In this document: positions 35,015-36,447 of the stretch, piece by piece
Layout: each line of letters starts with the position of its first letter
Numbering within the stretch: the stretch's first letter is position 1
From: a virus
IMG/VR virus record: IMGVR_UViG_3300005976_000005
Location: 1 to 36,447 of that record
Strand: one strand, 5' to 3'
Length of the DNA: 36,447 nucleotides
Made by a program: the position numbers and the translations under genes
The notes under the pieces: model-generated
Told to the model about the DNA's origin: nothing
Seen by the model: the letters and a program-made list of their open reading frames with translations, nothing else
The model's database searches: none

Positions 35015-35303
35015 ACAGATAGACCTCTGGACATATTCCTTTGAAATCAAGGACGAGTATGGCAATTCCATCTACCGTATACATCTTCCAGTCACCTTCC
35101 TTACAAATAATTTTTCTACATGCTTCAAAGTCTCCGTCATTCTTATTCAGGACGAACTTCTGACCTTCTTCTTCACTTACTGCCATTGGTATGAATTTGT
35201 CCTGAAGATTAGACTTCACAAAGAGTACAATCTCATTGTCGTTACAAACTCACAAGAAGTCAATATAAGAAGTATTATAGAATTCGGTTTGAACTCTGAA
35301 TAG
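34995..35303 (+). CDS. MIxWK-family small protein, last in array
   Basis: MIKWNY...IQDELL. Confidence 0.65.
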   Translation: MIKWNYEQIDLWTYSFEIKDEYGNSIYRIHLPVTFLTNNFSTCFKVSVILIQDELLTFFFTYCHWYEFVLKIRLHKEYNLIVVTNSQEVNIRSIIEFGLNSE

Positions 35304-35391
35304 TCTGTAGTAATAATTTTTGAATTCCTTTAGATCAAATGATGGAATACCATCCATTCTACCATGAAGAATCTATGTTATGTTGACTGCG

Positions 35392-35706
35392 CTAAACATT
35401 TTCTATTTTCTCCACGACAGTTGATTCAATTGCGTACTTTGCTAGTCTGCCAAGCTCTGGGTCTTCATTGTTTTTGAGATGAAGAATTCTGAATACTTTA
35501 TCATCCAGAATTCTTATCGCCGTATCAAAAGAATCATCACTTCTGAACATAAACTTCTTACAGAAGCTAATGTTATTCTTTTCTATTCTGGCTTTTATAA
35601 ATCCACCACGAATTCCTGTGAACTCAACTTTCCATTTGAGAGGACCTCTCTTATGCGTTATAGGAATCATCAAATCCTCACAATTCGATTGTAGTTCTAT
35701 CCTCAA
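35392..35706 (-). CDS. hypothetical protein
   Basis: ORF convergent with the array. Confidence 0.55.
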   Translation of the reverse strand: MRIELQSNCEDLMIPITHKRGPLKWKVEFTGIRGGFIKARIEKNNISFCKKFMFRSDDSFDTAIRILDDKVFRILHLKNNEDPELGRLAKYAIESTVVEKIENV

Positions 35707-35962
35707 TCTCGAAATCTTCTCCCTTCATGATTTTGTCAGCGAGAGTTCTTATTGACTCTTTCTTGTGCTTACAGTGGAGAACTGCGAGAGTCTTTGCTTC
35801 CTGGCTTTTCTTGTCAGCAACCATCTTTCTTATATTTTCTAAAAGGTGCTTTTCCTTTCTAACAACATCTGACCAACCAGCAACATACTCATCAGTATCT
35901 TCAGTCATACAAGCCATCTCAAAAGCGTTTTTGTACATACGGAAAACCTGTTTCATCATCAA
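35678..35962 (-). CDS. hypothetical protein
   Basis: AGGAG RBS. Confidence 0.6.
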   Translation of the reverse strand: MMMKQVFRMYKNAFEMACMTEDTDEYVAGWSDVVRKEKHLLENIRKMVADKKSQEAKTLAVLHCKHKKESIRTLADKIMKGEDFEIEDRTTIEL

Positions 35963-36143
35963 CTCCTTGTTCGTTGTTTGAAACTTTACTTTTTACCAAA
36001 AAACCGATTCTCAATTCTATCCATATTTTCCAAAATAAAGGCAAGTATACACATTGTTAGTACTGCCGCTAGTACGGGAAAGAAAACTAAACAGAATGCC
36101 ATAAATCCCATTTGTAATGATTCAATAAAAGAAGGTGTCATGT

Positions 36144-36365
36144 CTATCCTCTCTGTTCAATAATGTCATTACACAATTCAGATATTCCCTTATTCTTGCT
36201 TGTTCTGTAAAGTAGAGCAGTCATAAAGTCACGATCGAGAAGCTTCTCAACAATCGAAATTTCATCATCATTCAAACAATGGAAGGTAGGAGAGCTTCCT
36301 CTCCAACATTCCAATAAACCTTTTCTCTTGTTGAGCTTGAAGAAAGGTTGTATTCTTTCCATCAC
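36144..36365 (-). CDS. hypothetical protein
   Basis: ORF in minus-strand operon. Confidence 0.5.
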   Translation of the reverse strand: MMERIQPFFKLNKRKGLLECWRGSSPTFHCLNDDEISIVEKLLDRDFMTALLYRTSKNKGISELCNDIIEQRG

Positions 36366-36447
36366 ACAGCGCTTCTTTCTGTTATGTCCTTTATATCTTC
36401 TGCTATTTGTATGATTGTTCTTTCTGTTTGTTCCATAAATGACTCAA

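Overview
The window looks like a 36.4-kb piece of a large, AT-rich tailed dsDNA phage genome. It has no structural or core replication genes and falls into four parts. (1) 1-19.4 kb, minus strand: an accessory region with two tRNA-Leu genes, RtcB, an HNH protein, a Type II R-M-like pair, and an intein-interrupted, internally deleted Rnl2/DRB0094-type RNA ligase. It also holds a complete IS607 (tnpA+tnpB) splitting a small membrane-protein gene, a second tnpB copy, a DHH phosphoesterase, a Mesh1-like HD hydrolase, a DenV-like glycosylase, YqeY, KTSC, radical SAM and kinase-like genes. (2) About 19.5-30.7 kb: an early/host-takeover-like block of short genes (SF1 helicase, bL12-CTD protein, SprT, HTH proteins), with ~16 near-identical minus-strand sigma70 promoters. 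It also carries promoter-driven ORF-less candidate RNAs, sigma54 consensus sites, paired DnaA boxes and a repeated palindrome, and is bracketed by tandem arrays sharing a GG(A/T)NGACT motif, so it may be a collapsed long terminal repeat or an origin region. (3) 31.2-35.3 kb, plus strand: a tandem, mostly translationally coupled array of ~19 divergent small ORFs, most sharing an N-terminal M-I-(R/K)-W-(K) motif and an internal (M/T)-D-(V/I)-L-x-x-K motif; this is the best candidate for an undescribed system. (4) A few minus-strand hypothetical genes at the end. All calls come from motif recognition by eye; no searches were run.
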